Shown here piece by piece: positions 10,826-23,900 of a stretch of 64,000 nucleotides of DNA; position 1 is the stretch's first letter, and each line of letters opens with the position of its first letter. Origin of the DNA: Eledone cirrhosa (taxonomy: Eukaryota); contig OZ024741.1 in assembly GCA_964016885.1 (NCBI GenBank), positions 14,632,001 to 14,696,000 of the forward strand. The letters are read 5' to 3'. The translations under genes were made by a program, and so were the position numbers. The notes beneath the pieces were generated by a model, which worked only from the letters and a program-made list of their open reading frames with translations, searched no databases and had not been told where the DNA came from.

Positions 10826-10965
10826 GCCCTAACAGGTAGTACTACTCCGGGCCAGAGCAGACCTGGGAGTTATGACAACTAAGGGGTAACTCCACATTCC
10901 CCACAGCCCCTGAACTGCCGAACTGGAGCCTTGCCACTGGATGTAGTTTAATGTCATACCCAGGA
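10826..10965 (+). mobile_element. Short interspersed repeat fragment (SINE-like)
   Basis: GC-richer segment ...ACTACTCCGGGCCAGAGCAGACCTGGGAG...GTCATACCCAGGA ending at (TA)n. It resembles a cephalopod interspersed repeat from recollection only. Confidence 0.45.
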
Positions 10966-11820
10966 TATATATATATATATATATATAAGTGCGAATATAT
11001 TGTTGTTGTCTGGATTCGGTGTTCTGTTGACCCGATGGTGATACTGAAGGGAACCAAGTTCCAGGTTCAACCAAGCCAAGCAGACCAAAAAATAGGAAAC
11101 ATCAAACCTGAATCTCTTTAGGTGAATACCTAAATATCAATCAATCATGCAGTGGACATTAATGTTCCAGTGTACAACAAATATAAACGATTTTATATAT
11201 ATATCTGTGCTAATCGTTAACGGAAAATCATGCTATTGAGTACAACGGCTAAGTTCACTCAGTTCCTACTCTCAGCTCTCGAATACCCCCCACCCCCGCT
11301 TATTAATTTTTCAGATTTATTCCACAGTCATTTATAAAAAAATGAAAAGGGGAGGGACATACACTACACCCCAGTCTGAGCGGCGGTGCCCCAGTTACGG
11401 CACGCGGACAAAACGGCAGAAGCTTTACCGAGGAGAATGGCCAGGAACACGTTGCGACAGCCACCCCACCTCGCGGGGCTCCACCAGAAGCAGGCCGCTG
11501 TCGTTCAGACTTTACGGAGAAAACCAGCAGTGCAGGGACCAAGGACGCCAGATGTTTTCTAGTCTTAAGACGTTGTTTGACATTATACACGGATGATATA
11601 ATTGATTAGATTGGCCCTAGTACATGATGGGTACTTTAGTTGATCAGCACCAATCAACCTGGAACCCAGAACGTGGAGGAAAGTATTTCATTTGTAGTTC
11701 TACTGATTATGCCTTCGACAGAATTCTCACAACAACAACAGTTATAAATATTTCTAACATAAACATAAGGCCAGGGATTTGGGGGAAAGTGAAAGTCTAT
11801 TATATCGTCCTAAGTATATA

Positions 11821-11890
11821 ACTGGTATTTTATTTTATCAACCCGGAAGGGTGAAAGACAAAGTTGGCCTCGGTGGGATTTAAATTCAGA
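11821..11890 (-). mobile_element. tRNA-type SINE core fragment (same family as 12518-12680)
   Basis: Its reverse complement aligns with 12566-12635 (TCTGAGTTCAAATCCCGCCAAGGTTAACTTTGCCTTTCATCC...GATAAAATAAGTACCAGT). Confidence 0.7.
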
Positions 11891-12051
11891 AGTTTGAGGA
11901 ATTTATCTCAACTAAGAAAGGTATTTTATCAGACACTGTAAGGGTTTAGAGATACAGAACAGAAAGGAATGTATCACAATGCATTGTGGGATAGCGAGTT
12001 TCAGTGCAGCAATTATGCTTACATTTATACATACATACATACATACATACA

Positions 12052-12084
<33 letters not shown>

Positions 12085-12169
12085 GCAAACATACATATAT
12101 ACTTACATACATGATGTCTGCCCCCTCGTTATCGAGTATGGCCATTGCATGATGTACCATTATTAATAA

Positions 12170-12774
12170 CTAGCAAAAAAAACACCCTTCGGGTGGTTTT
12201 CTACTAGCATGTGTAGTGTGTATATTGATATTATACGCAAGTATATATGCATGTAGATATGATAAATCAAATAAAATCGTAATTGACAATATACACAGAA
12301 ATTGAACGAAGACTGTGTTACACTGTCTTATGTAATCAGTAACGTAATCCATGGTACATTAAAAAAAAGACGATATTATATATAAACTGCATTAGGAGAA
12401 AATTAGTGACAGAAATATATGAATATTTATTTAAACGATCGCTAACCGAAAGCAATAACATATATTTAATGAACAGCCACGAAATTTAGTAGATAATTTA
12501 TGTAATATTCATTCATTGGTAGAGGGTTGGACATGCTTTCCAGCATAGTTACGTCCCTTTACGATCTGAGTTCAAATCCCGCCAAGGTTAACTTTGCCTT
12601 TCATCCTTATGAGGTCGATAAAATAAAGTACCAGTAATGTACTGGGTAATTGCTGGCCTTGTACCGAAAGTAGAAACAATTATTTATTCAAAGAAATCCA
12701 ACTTATTTTACTAAGGGGATAACAAATTATAAACCGTATGCAGTCTCGCGCTTCTTACTTTATTATAGTTTAGT
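12170..12774 (-). mobile_element. Non-autonomous Helitron inserted at an A|T site without TSD
   Basis: Minus-strand 3' end is a CACCC-GAA-GGGTG hairpin (12183-95) followed by CTAG (12170-73). The 5' end is ACTAAACTATAATAAAAG (TC start altered to AC). The uninterrupted copy at ~52700 shows the empty site ...TAATAA|TTATTAATT. Confidence 0.8.
12518..12680 (+). mobile_element. tRNA-type SINE (octopus-like family), nested in the Helitron
   Basis: Pol III B-box-like GTTCAAATCCC at 12570-80 followed by ACTTTGCCTTTCATCC...GGTCGATAAAATAAGTACCAG. A second copy lies at 11821-11890. Confidence 0.7.
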
Positions 12775-13112
12775 TTATTAATTAATTCTAGCATGCAATG
12801 CCTGTGAGTGAAGATATTTTTTAAAGTGAGGAAAGACTGTACACTGAGTCAATCCCACTCTCTGAACGACAGTAGCTATAACCCGAAAAGAAGAAAAGAT
12901 CAAGATCATCGGTTACTACTGAGCCGCAGGTTTTATATCGGAGTTATCGCAGTTTCCTGAGTTGCTTTCTAGAAGAATGCCCTGACAAAGGCTAGGGTGT
13001 TTTTACTCCCAATGGTTTAACCACGTGATCGGGTGTCCAGCCCGACTATTTCTATGTCCCCGCGCATATACATACACATGCACCCATGTATATACACATA
13101 TACATATACATA

Positions 13113-13485
13113 CGAGGGTAATCCCAAAAGTAAGGTCTCTAAAGCGATGGGGGCGCAGAGAAACTGTTCGTACTGCTGTTAGCAACACTGTTGTGATTGG
13201 TGCTTCCTTCACTCCCAAACAAGCATGCGCGCGCTTCGCTGGGATGCTCAATCTTGGCTTGGCAGCCGTTGAGAATGGAGCTCCCGTTGAACGCAACCGC
13301 CAAGTGCAAAAGTAAGGTCTCCTTCCGAGGAAAACATGCGTAAAGATCGGCGGATCACTCTGGATGCTCTTTGCATTTTGGTTCCTGGGGTTTCCAGAAG
13401 CACCATCCATAGGATTTTAACTGAAAAGTTGCAATATCGGAAGTTGCAATATCGGAAGGAGACCTTACTTTTGGGATTGCCCTCG
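13113..13485 (+). mobile_element. Mariner (Tc1/mariner) internal-deletion derivative / MITE
   Basis: 27-bp TIRs CGAGGGTAATCCCAAAAGTAAGGTCTC / GAGACCTTACTTTTGGGATTGCCCTCG with TA on both sides (13111-12, 13486-87). An internal transposase HTH remnant reads KDRRITLDALCILVPGVSRSTIHRILTEKLQYRK. Confidence 0.9.
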
Positions 13486-13489
13486 TACA

Positions 13490-13643
13490 CTCTTATGACT
13501 TCTTCCGCCCTTTGTCAGGTTTTGTTTTTTGTCCTGCAGGGTGTCCAAAATCACCCTCCTCACCAAGTAAACTTGGTGGGGTTGCCGGTTTAGTCGCCGA
13601 GGTTGTACTGGGTTACATGTTACCAGTAGCACCCAAGAGTGAC
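13490..13643. mobile_element. Short interspersed repeat (family D)
   Basis: Reverse-complement match to 52842-53010; both copies abut (CATA)n/(TATG)n. Confidence 0.7.
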
Positions 13644-13765
13644 ATTACATACATACATATATACATACATACATATATACATACATACATACTGTATATG
13701 CAAACATACACATATACTTAAATACATACATATATGCAAACATACATACATACATACGTACATAT

Positions 13766-16700
13766 CATTAGATGTAAATTGATACATCTAACGGAATTGA
13801 GTGATACTACAAATACAGCCCTTGTAGACAACCACCCCACCTCCACTGACAGACAAAGAGAATGGCCAGCTAAATCTAACAGTGAACAGCTCACCAACAA
13901 TTTTGCTGAAATCCATCCCACTTCCACTGAAGAACAGCGAGAATGGTCAGCTAACTCTAGTAGTGATTGTCACCACATCAACAACGAGGCTGAAATTCAT
14001 GACTCTACTGAACAAACAGAGCACCAAAAACTTGTGGGCACCCTACAAGTGATATGGAACGATATGTTTCAAGATATACAGAGCCTTAATGTGAGTGACA
14101 GACCATACAACACCAGAGTCAGTAAAGAACCCACTAAATTGGAATTGGAAGCGGTGAACGAAATAGCTGGCAATTATCTGAAGGCTATACGATCTAAAGG
14201 TGTAGAAACGACATTTGAAACGCTTAATGTTTTGTTATATGTTTCAGCTGTCACATTGCTATCATATAACACACATCTAAAACCACGCAATCAAGATACA
14301 AACAGAAAGCCTGAACCAGCGTGGATGCGAAATTTAAAAACCAAAATTTTTTCCCTGAGACGAAGTATCTCACACATCGCAGTCGTTATGAAATGCAACA
14401 TAGAGAGCAACTTCACACGACACCAGGAAGACCTAAAGAAAAAGTTAGAGAGACGATTTGGAGATACAAAATTTAAAACTTTGAACTCCAAATTACACCA
14501 GTTGAAACAACAACTCACAGCTACAACAGAAAGACTAAAATATAAGTCAACAGCACATAAACGACAAGTGCTAAATAGATTGTTTGCCAGAGATCCTAAA
14601 TCAGTTTATCGCAGCTTAGGTGGCAAAAGCTCAATCCCTGTAAACGACACCCCTTCAAAAGAACAGGTTGAGAGCTACTGGAGATCTGTATGGGAAACGG
14701 ATGACGGATTCAACAGACAAGCTAATTGGCTAAAAGAACTGGAACAGGACTACTGCCAACATGTCCAGACAAAACAATATGACATAGATGGATCAATACT
14801 GGAAACAGCTCTACAGAAAATGTCGAATAGGAAATCGCCAGGCCCAGACTTCATTACAGGATACTGGTTGAAGAATTTCACTTTCTATCGGCAAGATCTC
14901 ATACGGCTGTTTACAGAAACCATTAAGGGCACACAAGAACTGCCCAGATGGTTATCAACTGCCACTACTCTCCTCATTCCCAAAAATAGCCAAACCACCC
15001 TTGCTAAAAATTACCGCCCAATTGCCTGCCAAAACATCATGTATAAATTATATACTGGGTGCCTTAACCTGTTCTTACAGGATCACTGTGCTACCAACAA
15101 CATCATAACACCTGAGCAAGCTGGTGGAAAGAGGGAGGTGTGGGGTTGCATAGATCACCTACTAACTAACAAAATGATTCAGGAAAAAACAACAAAGAAT
15201 GGCAGAAACATGACTGTCGTGTGGCTGGACTATCAAAAAGCATTCGATAGTGTACCTCATGGGTGGATTATTAAGGCTTTACAGTTAGCTAAAGTCCCAC
15301 AACCATTGGTAGCTGCTGTTGAACGCCTGACCAAGAACTGGTACACCAATTTGATCCTTAGAGGTGACAAGGAGCAGGTTAAGACTGATAAGATACATTA
15401 CCAGAAGGGCATCTTTCAGGGTGATAGCTTGTCAGTGCTACTCTTCGTTCTCTCACTGAATCCACTATCTTACCTACTCAGGAAACAAGGTGGACAAAGA
15501 AGTGGGCCCAGAAGTATCTCCCATCTTTTCTTTGTTGATGACCTGAAGTTGTATGGGCCAAATATAAATGACATCAAGAAACAATTGGACCTCATTACAC
15601 AATTTTCAACCGACATCAAAATGAAATTTGGTGAGTCCAAGTGTGCATATTTGGCAGTAAAACGTGGAAGAGCTGTGCCCTCCTCTAGAAATCTAGAGAT
15701 GAACGGCCTGACAATACAACCTCTGCAGTCAGGTGACAACTACAGATATCTTGGACAGGATGAGAATGTCAGATATGATGGACCCATAAATAAGGAGAGA
15801 ACCAGAACTGAATACCTCAGAAGAGTAAAGAAAATATGGTCATCAGAACTGTCAGCGTACAACAAATACATTGCCCACAATACTTATGCTGTGCCAATTC
15901 TAACGCCAACATTTGGCCTGCTGAACTGGTCATTGCAAGAACTAAGTGAGATGGATGTTAGAACTCGAAAACTTCTCAGTGTTACTGGGAACTTTAACAT
16001 CAATGGTGATGTGGATAGGCTATACTTCTCACGCAAGGAAGGTGGCCGGGGTCTAAAATCAATATTAACAACATATGAGACCCGGATAGTAACACTGAAG
16101 CAACACCTTCAACAGAGGAAAAAGGTTGGCAACCATCTTGCCCAGGTTTATGATCATGAAAAAAGAAATATCATTAGAATAGCGACTGATCTGGAGAAGA
16201 GATATGGAATAAAGCCTGATATAAATCTCTCACCCAGAGAAATCGGAAGATCCTATTCAATGTTCAAACAAGATAAAAAAATTGACCAATTTACAGAGAA
16301 AGTTGTGCATGGATACTTGAGGCGTAAAACACAGACCATAGAGGGGATCAACCACTCAAAAAGCCTGGCATGGAGTTCCGACAAGTTTATGACATCACAC
16401 CTTGAGGGATATCTCTATGCAATACAGGAACAAGAACTCCCTACCAAATATCTGCTGCACAAAAGAGGAGGGCCAGCAGCTGACAATAAATGTAGGCTAT
16501 GTAAAACAAAGATCGAGGATGTAAGCCACATTGTTGCCAGCTGCGAAAGAATGTCATCTCGCTACTACCTCCCATAAGTCACGATGGGATAGCTAGAACC
16601 ATCTGGAACGCACTTCGGAAAACAAAACTAACAACAAACGAGGAAGAATATATTGAGACAGATGGCACTAAGGAATACTGGTGGATCCTGAAAATAAAAA

Positions 16701-17063
16701 CTGCCACCAAATTAAAGCACAACCGGCCTGATATTGTAGTTTGGGACCACACATTGAAAACGTGTTCTGTTGTGGAGATCAGCTGCCCACTTGATGTAAA
16801 CGTTGTCAGTAAAAATACAGGAGAAGGAGGACATCTACGGACCATTGATGAGGAGTTTACAAATCCAGTATCCAAGATACACCTTTAGCTTCATACCCAT
16901 CATTATTGGTGCTACGGGTTATATACCAACCCGCTTGGACCAAAGTATGACTGAACTTGGATTTGCGGACAAAAAGCGCAGCTCCCTAATTCATAGTCTA
17001 CAAATGGCTGCGATAGCTAGCACCTTCAAAATTTGCAAAACATTCTTGCGATTCAAGGGATGA
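13766..17063 (+). pseudogene. Reverse transcriptase / restriction-like endonuclease polyprotein with two compensating frameshifts
   Basis: RT motifs KSPGPD, LIPK, NYRPIAC, WLDYQKAFDSVPH, GIFQGDSLS, HLFFVDDLKLY, YRYLG; zinc knuckle CRLC...HIVASC. A shifted frame at ~16574-16812 gives SHDGIAR...HNRPDIVVWD...VVEISCP (RLE PD..D/E motif). The original frame resumes with KIQEKEDIY...PIIIGATG to stop 17063. Confidence 0.9.
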
Positions 17064-17143
17064 CAATTTCTTTTCTTTTACAAACTTGCCACCAGGAAGG
17101 AGGCCGGTCAAAAAAATATACTCGAAATTAAGAGAAAGAGAAA
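13766..17143 (+). mobile_element. Non-LTR retrotransposon of the R4/Dong (RLE-type) group, probably 5'-truncated
   Basis: Single RT + CCHC + RLE ORF with a short A-rich 3' UTR. A candidate 10-bp TSD ACGTACATAT is at 13756-65 and 17144-53, within (CATA)n. Confidence 0.85.
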
Positions 17144-17294
17144 ACGTACATATATACATACATATATACATACATACATATATACATACACACATACGTA
17201 CATGCATACATACATATATACATCGATACATGTGTATACGCATTAACGTACATATACATCTAAGTATACAAATACATACATACGGGCATATATA

Positions 17295-18628
17295 CAATAA
17301 CATAAAAACAAATAATAAAAACAACAAAACGGCAACAACAGCAACAACAGCAATAACAACAGCAATAACAACAGCAATAACAGCAACTACAGCAACAACA
17401 GCAACAACAGCAATAACAACAGTAATAACAACAAGAACAATAACAACAGCAATAACAACAGCAACAACAGCAACAACAACAGCAGCAACACCACCAACAC
17501 CACCACCACCACCACCACCACCACCACCACCAGCACCACCACCACCAACACCAACACCACCACCACCACCACCACCACCACCACCAACACCAGCACCAAC
17601 ACCAACACCAACACCACCACCACCACCAACACCACCACCAACACCAACACCACCACCACCACCAGCACCAACACCACCACCAACACCACGGCCACCAACA
17701 CCAACACCACCAATACCAACACCAACACCAACACCACCAACACCACCACCACCAACACCACCACCACCACCACCACCACCACCAACACCACCAACACCAC
17801 CAACACCAACAACAACAGGACCACCAACACCACCACCAACACCAACACCACCAACACCACCAACACCACCTCCACCAACACCAACACCAACACCACCAAC
17901 ACCAACACCACCAACACCACCACCACCACCACCAACACCACCAACACCACCAACAACAACAGCACCACCAACACCACCACCAACACCAACACCAACACCA
18001 CCAACAACAACAGCACCACCACCAACACCACCAACACCAACACCAACACCACCAACACCACCTCCACCAACACCAACAACAACAGCACCACCAACACCAC
18101 CACCAACACCAACACCAACACCACCAACAACAACAGCACCACCACCAACACCACCAACACCAACACCACCAACACCACCAACACCACCACCACCACCACC
18201 AACACCACCAACACCACGACCACCAACAACAACAGCACCACCAACACCACCAACACCACGACCACCAACAACAACAGCACCACCAACACCACCACCACCA
18301 ACACCAACACCAACACCACGACCAACAACAACACCAACACCACCACCACCACCACAACCACCACCAACACCACGACTACCAACACCACCAACACCACCAC
18401 CACCACCACCACCAACACCACCAACACCACGACCACCACCAACAACAGCACCACCAACACCACCACCACCAACACCAACACCAACACCACGACCAACAAC
18501 AACACCAACAACAACACCAACACCACCAACACCACCAACACCACCAACACTAATACCACCAACACCACCAACACCACCACAACCACCAACAACAGCACCA
18601 CCACCACCAACAACAGCACCACCAACAA
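17295..18628. repeat. Long degenerate (ACA/CCA/GCA)n trinucleotide tract
   Basis: Visible directly; gives P/T, G/V and W/C low-complexity ORFs in several frames. Confidence 0.9.
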
Positions 18629-18759
18629 TGTAGATACAGTATAAAGCCAATACCACTGATACAAGTGTAATAGGAATTGTGAAATGTATTTTCATTTATC
18701 GAATCAATTCCTGTCTACTGAACAAGAATAATTAAGGCGTGTACACCTATAGTTGGCTT

Positions 18760-20485
<1,726 letters not shown>

Positions 20486-20940
20486 ACTAACATAGAAACT
20501 GACAAATAAGAAATACTACTGAATGAACCTGTGTCACGTGAAGAAAAGATGCATCATTTGATAGTGTTGCCAGTATAGTTATGAAAGATAAGGTGGGCGG
20601 TATTGTTGTTGTTGTTAATAACGATGATGATGATGGTGTGGAAGACGAGAAGGAAGAGTAGGAGGTGTAGGTGGAGGGGCAGATTGTAACAACGCCATTA
20701 CGACTCCTGTACAACAATAAACTAAAAATCTGTAATAATAATAATAACGTCAACCAATAGAATAATATTAATAATTATGAAAATAATTAGTATTCCATGA
20801 AATAATTAAGCAATTATTTCTTGATTAGACAAAGCCCTACGAGATTTCATTTATTTGAAAAATGAACAATCCAAATTTATTCATAAATTCTACTAACCAT
20901 ATGTACTAAATAACCTATTCTTCTAACTGATTTTATTAAC

Positions 20941-23900
20941 TAACCAAGAGTATTAACCTTCTGTACTAACTCACCAAGTATATTAACCTACTATACTAAC
21001 CCACCAATTATATTAACCTACTATACTAACTCACCAAGTATATTAACCTACTATACTAACTCACCAAGTATATTAACCTTCTATAATAACTCACCAAGTA
21101 TATTAACCTATTATACTAACTCACCAAGTATATTAACCTACTCTACTAACTCACCAAGTTTATTAACCTACTGTACTAACTCACCAATTATATTAAACTT
21201 CTGTCCCAACTCAGCAAGTATATTAACCTACTATAGTAACTCACCAATTATATTAACATATTATACTAAATCACCAAGTATATTAACCTACTCTACTAAC
21301 TCACCAAGTATATTAACGTTCTATAATAACTCACCAATTATATTAAACTACTATACTAACTCACCAATTATATTAATATTCTGTACTAACTCACCAAATT
21401 TATTAACCAACTATACTAACTCACCAAGTATATTAACCTACTATACTAACTCACCAATCATATTAACCTACTATACTAACTCATCAAGTATATTAACCTA
21501 CTATACTAACTCACCAAGTATATTAACATACTATACTAACTCACCAAGTATATTATCCTACTATACTAACTCACCAATTATATTAACCTACTATACTAAC
21601 TCACCAAGTATATTAACCTACTATACTAACTCAGCAAGTATATTAACATACTATACTAACTCACCAAGCATATTAACCTACTATACTAACTCATCAAGTA
21701 TATTAACCTACTGTACTAACTCACCAAGTATGTTAACCTACTATACTAACTCACCAAGTATATTAACCTACTATACTAACTCAGCAAGTATATTAACCTA
21801 CTATACTAACTCATCAAGTATGTTAACTTTCTGTACTAACACACCAAGTATATTAACCTACTATACAAACTCACCATCTATATTAACCTACTATACTAAC
21901 TCACCAAGTATATTGACCTACTATACTAACTCACAAATTATATTAACCTACTATACTAACTCACCAATTATATTAACATACTATACTAACTCACCAAGTA
22001 TATTAACCTATTATACTAACTCACCATCTATATTAACCTACTATACTAACTCACCAAGTATATTAACCTACTATACTAACTCACCAATTATATTAACCTA
22101 CTAAACTAACTCACCAATTATATTAACCTACTATACTATCGCACCAAGTATATTAACATTCTGTACTAACTCACCAAGTATATTAACCTACTATACTAAC
22201 TCACCAATTATATTAACCTACTAAACTATCTCTCCAAGTATATTAACCTACTATGCTAATTCACCAAGTATATTAACCTACTATACTAACTCACCAATTA
22301 TATTAACATTCTGTACTAACTCACCAAGTATATGAACATACTATACTAACTCAACAAATAATATTAAACTTCTGTACTAACTCACCAAGTATATTAACCT
22401 ACTATACTAACTCACCAAGTATATTAACCTTCTATAATAACTCACCAAGTATATTAACCTATTATACTAACTCACCAAGTATATTAACCTACTCTACTAA
22501 CTCACCAAGTTTATTAACCTACTGTACTAACTCACCAATTATATTAAGCTTCTGTCCCAACTCAGCAAGTATATTAACCTACTATAGTAACTCACCAATT
22601 ATATTAACATATTATACTAAATCACCAAGTATATTAACCTACTCTACTAACTCACCAAGTATATTAACGTTCTATAATAACTCACCAATTATATTAAACT
22701 ACTATACTAACTCACCAAGTATGTTAACCTACTATACTAACTCACCAATCATATTAACCTCCTATACTAAATCAACAATTATATTAACCTTCTTTACTAA
22801 CTCACCAAGTATATTAACCTACTATACTAACTCACCAAGTATATTAACCTACTATACTATCTCACCAAGTATATTAACATTCTGTACTAACTCACCAAGT
22901 ATATGAACATACTATACTAACTCAACAAATAATATTAAACTTCTGTACTAACTCACCAAGTATATTAACCTACTATACTAACTCACCAAGTATATTAACC
23001 TACTATACAAATTCACCATGTATATTAACCTACTATACTAACTCACCAAGTATATTAACCTACTATACTAACTCACCAATTATATTAACCTACTATACTA
23101 ACTCACATAGTATATTAACCTACTATACTAACTCACCAATCATATTAACCTCCTATACTAAATCAACAATTATATTAACCTTCTGTACTAACTCACCAAG
23201 TATATTAACCTACTATACTAACTCACCAAGTATATTAACATACTATACTAACTCACCAAGTATATTAACCTACTATACTAACTCACCAAGTATATTAACA
23301 TACTATACTAACTCACCAAGTATATTAACCTACTATACTAACTCACCAAGTATATTAACCTACTATACTAACTCACCAAGTATATTAACCTACTATACTA
23401 ACTCACCAAGTATATTAACCTACTATACTAACTCACCAAGTATATTAACCTACTATACTAACTCCCCAAGTATATTAACCTACTATACTAACTCACCAAG
23501 TATATTAACTTACTATACTAACTCACCAATTACATTAAACTACTATACCAACTCAACAATTATATTAGCCTAGTTTACTAACTCACCAAGTATATAATTT
23601 ACTATACTAACTCCCCAATTATATTAACCTACTTTACTAACTCACCAATTATATTAACCTTCCCTAATAACTCACCACGTATATTAACCTACTATACAAA
23701 CTCACCAAGAATATTAACCAATTATACTAACTCACCATGTATATTAACCTACTATACAAACTCACCAATTATATGAACCTACTATACTAACTCAACAACT
23801 ATATTAATCTTCTGTACTAACTCACCAAGTATATTAACCTACTATACTAACTCACCAACCATATTGACCTACAGTCCTAACTCACCAAGTATTTTAACCT

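Larger units (their letters stand above)
12111..13021 (-). mobile_element. RTE-related non-autonomous retroelement (family C), interrupted by a Helitron
   Basis: 12111-12169 plus 12775-13021 is the reverse complement of 52472-52775. A (CATA)n tract lies at 12027-12110 at its 3' end. Confidence 0.75.
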
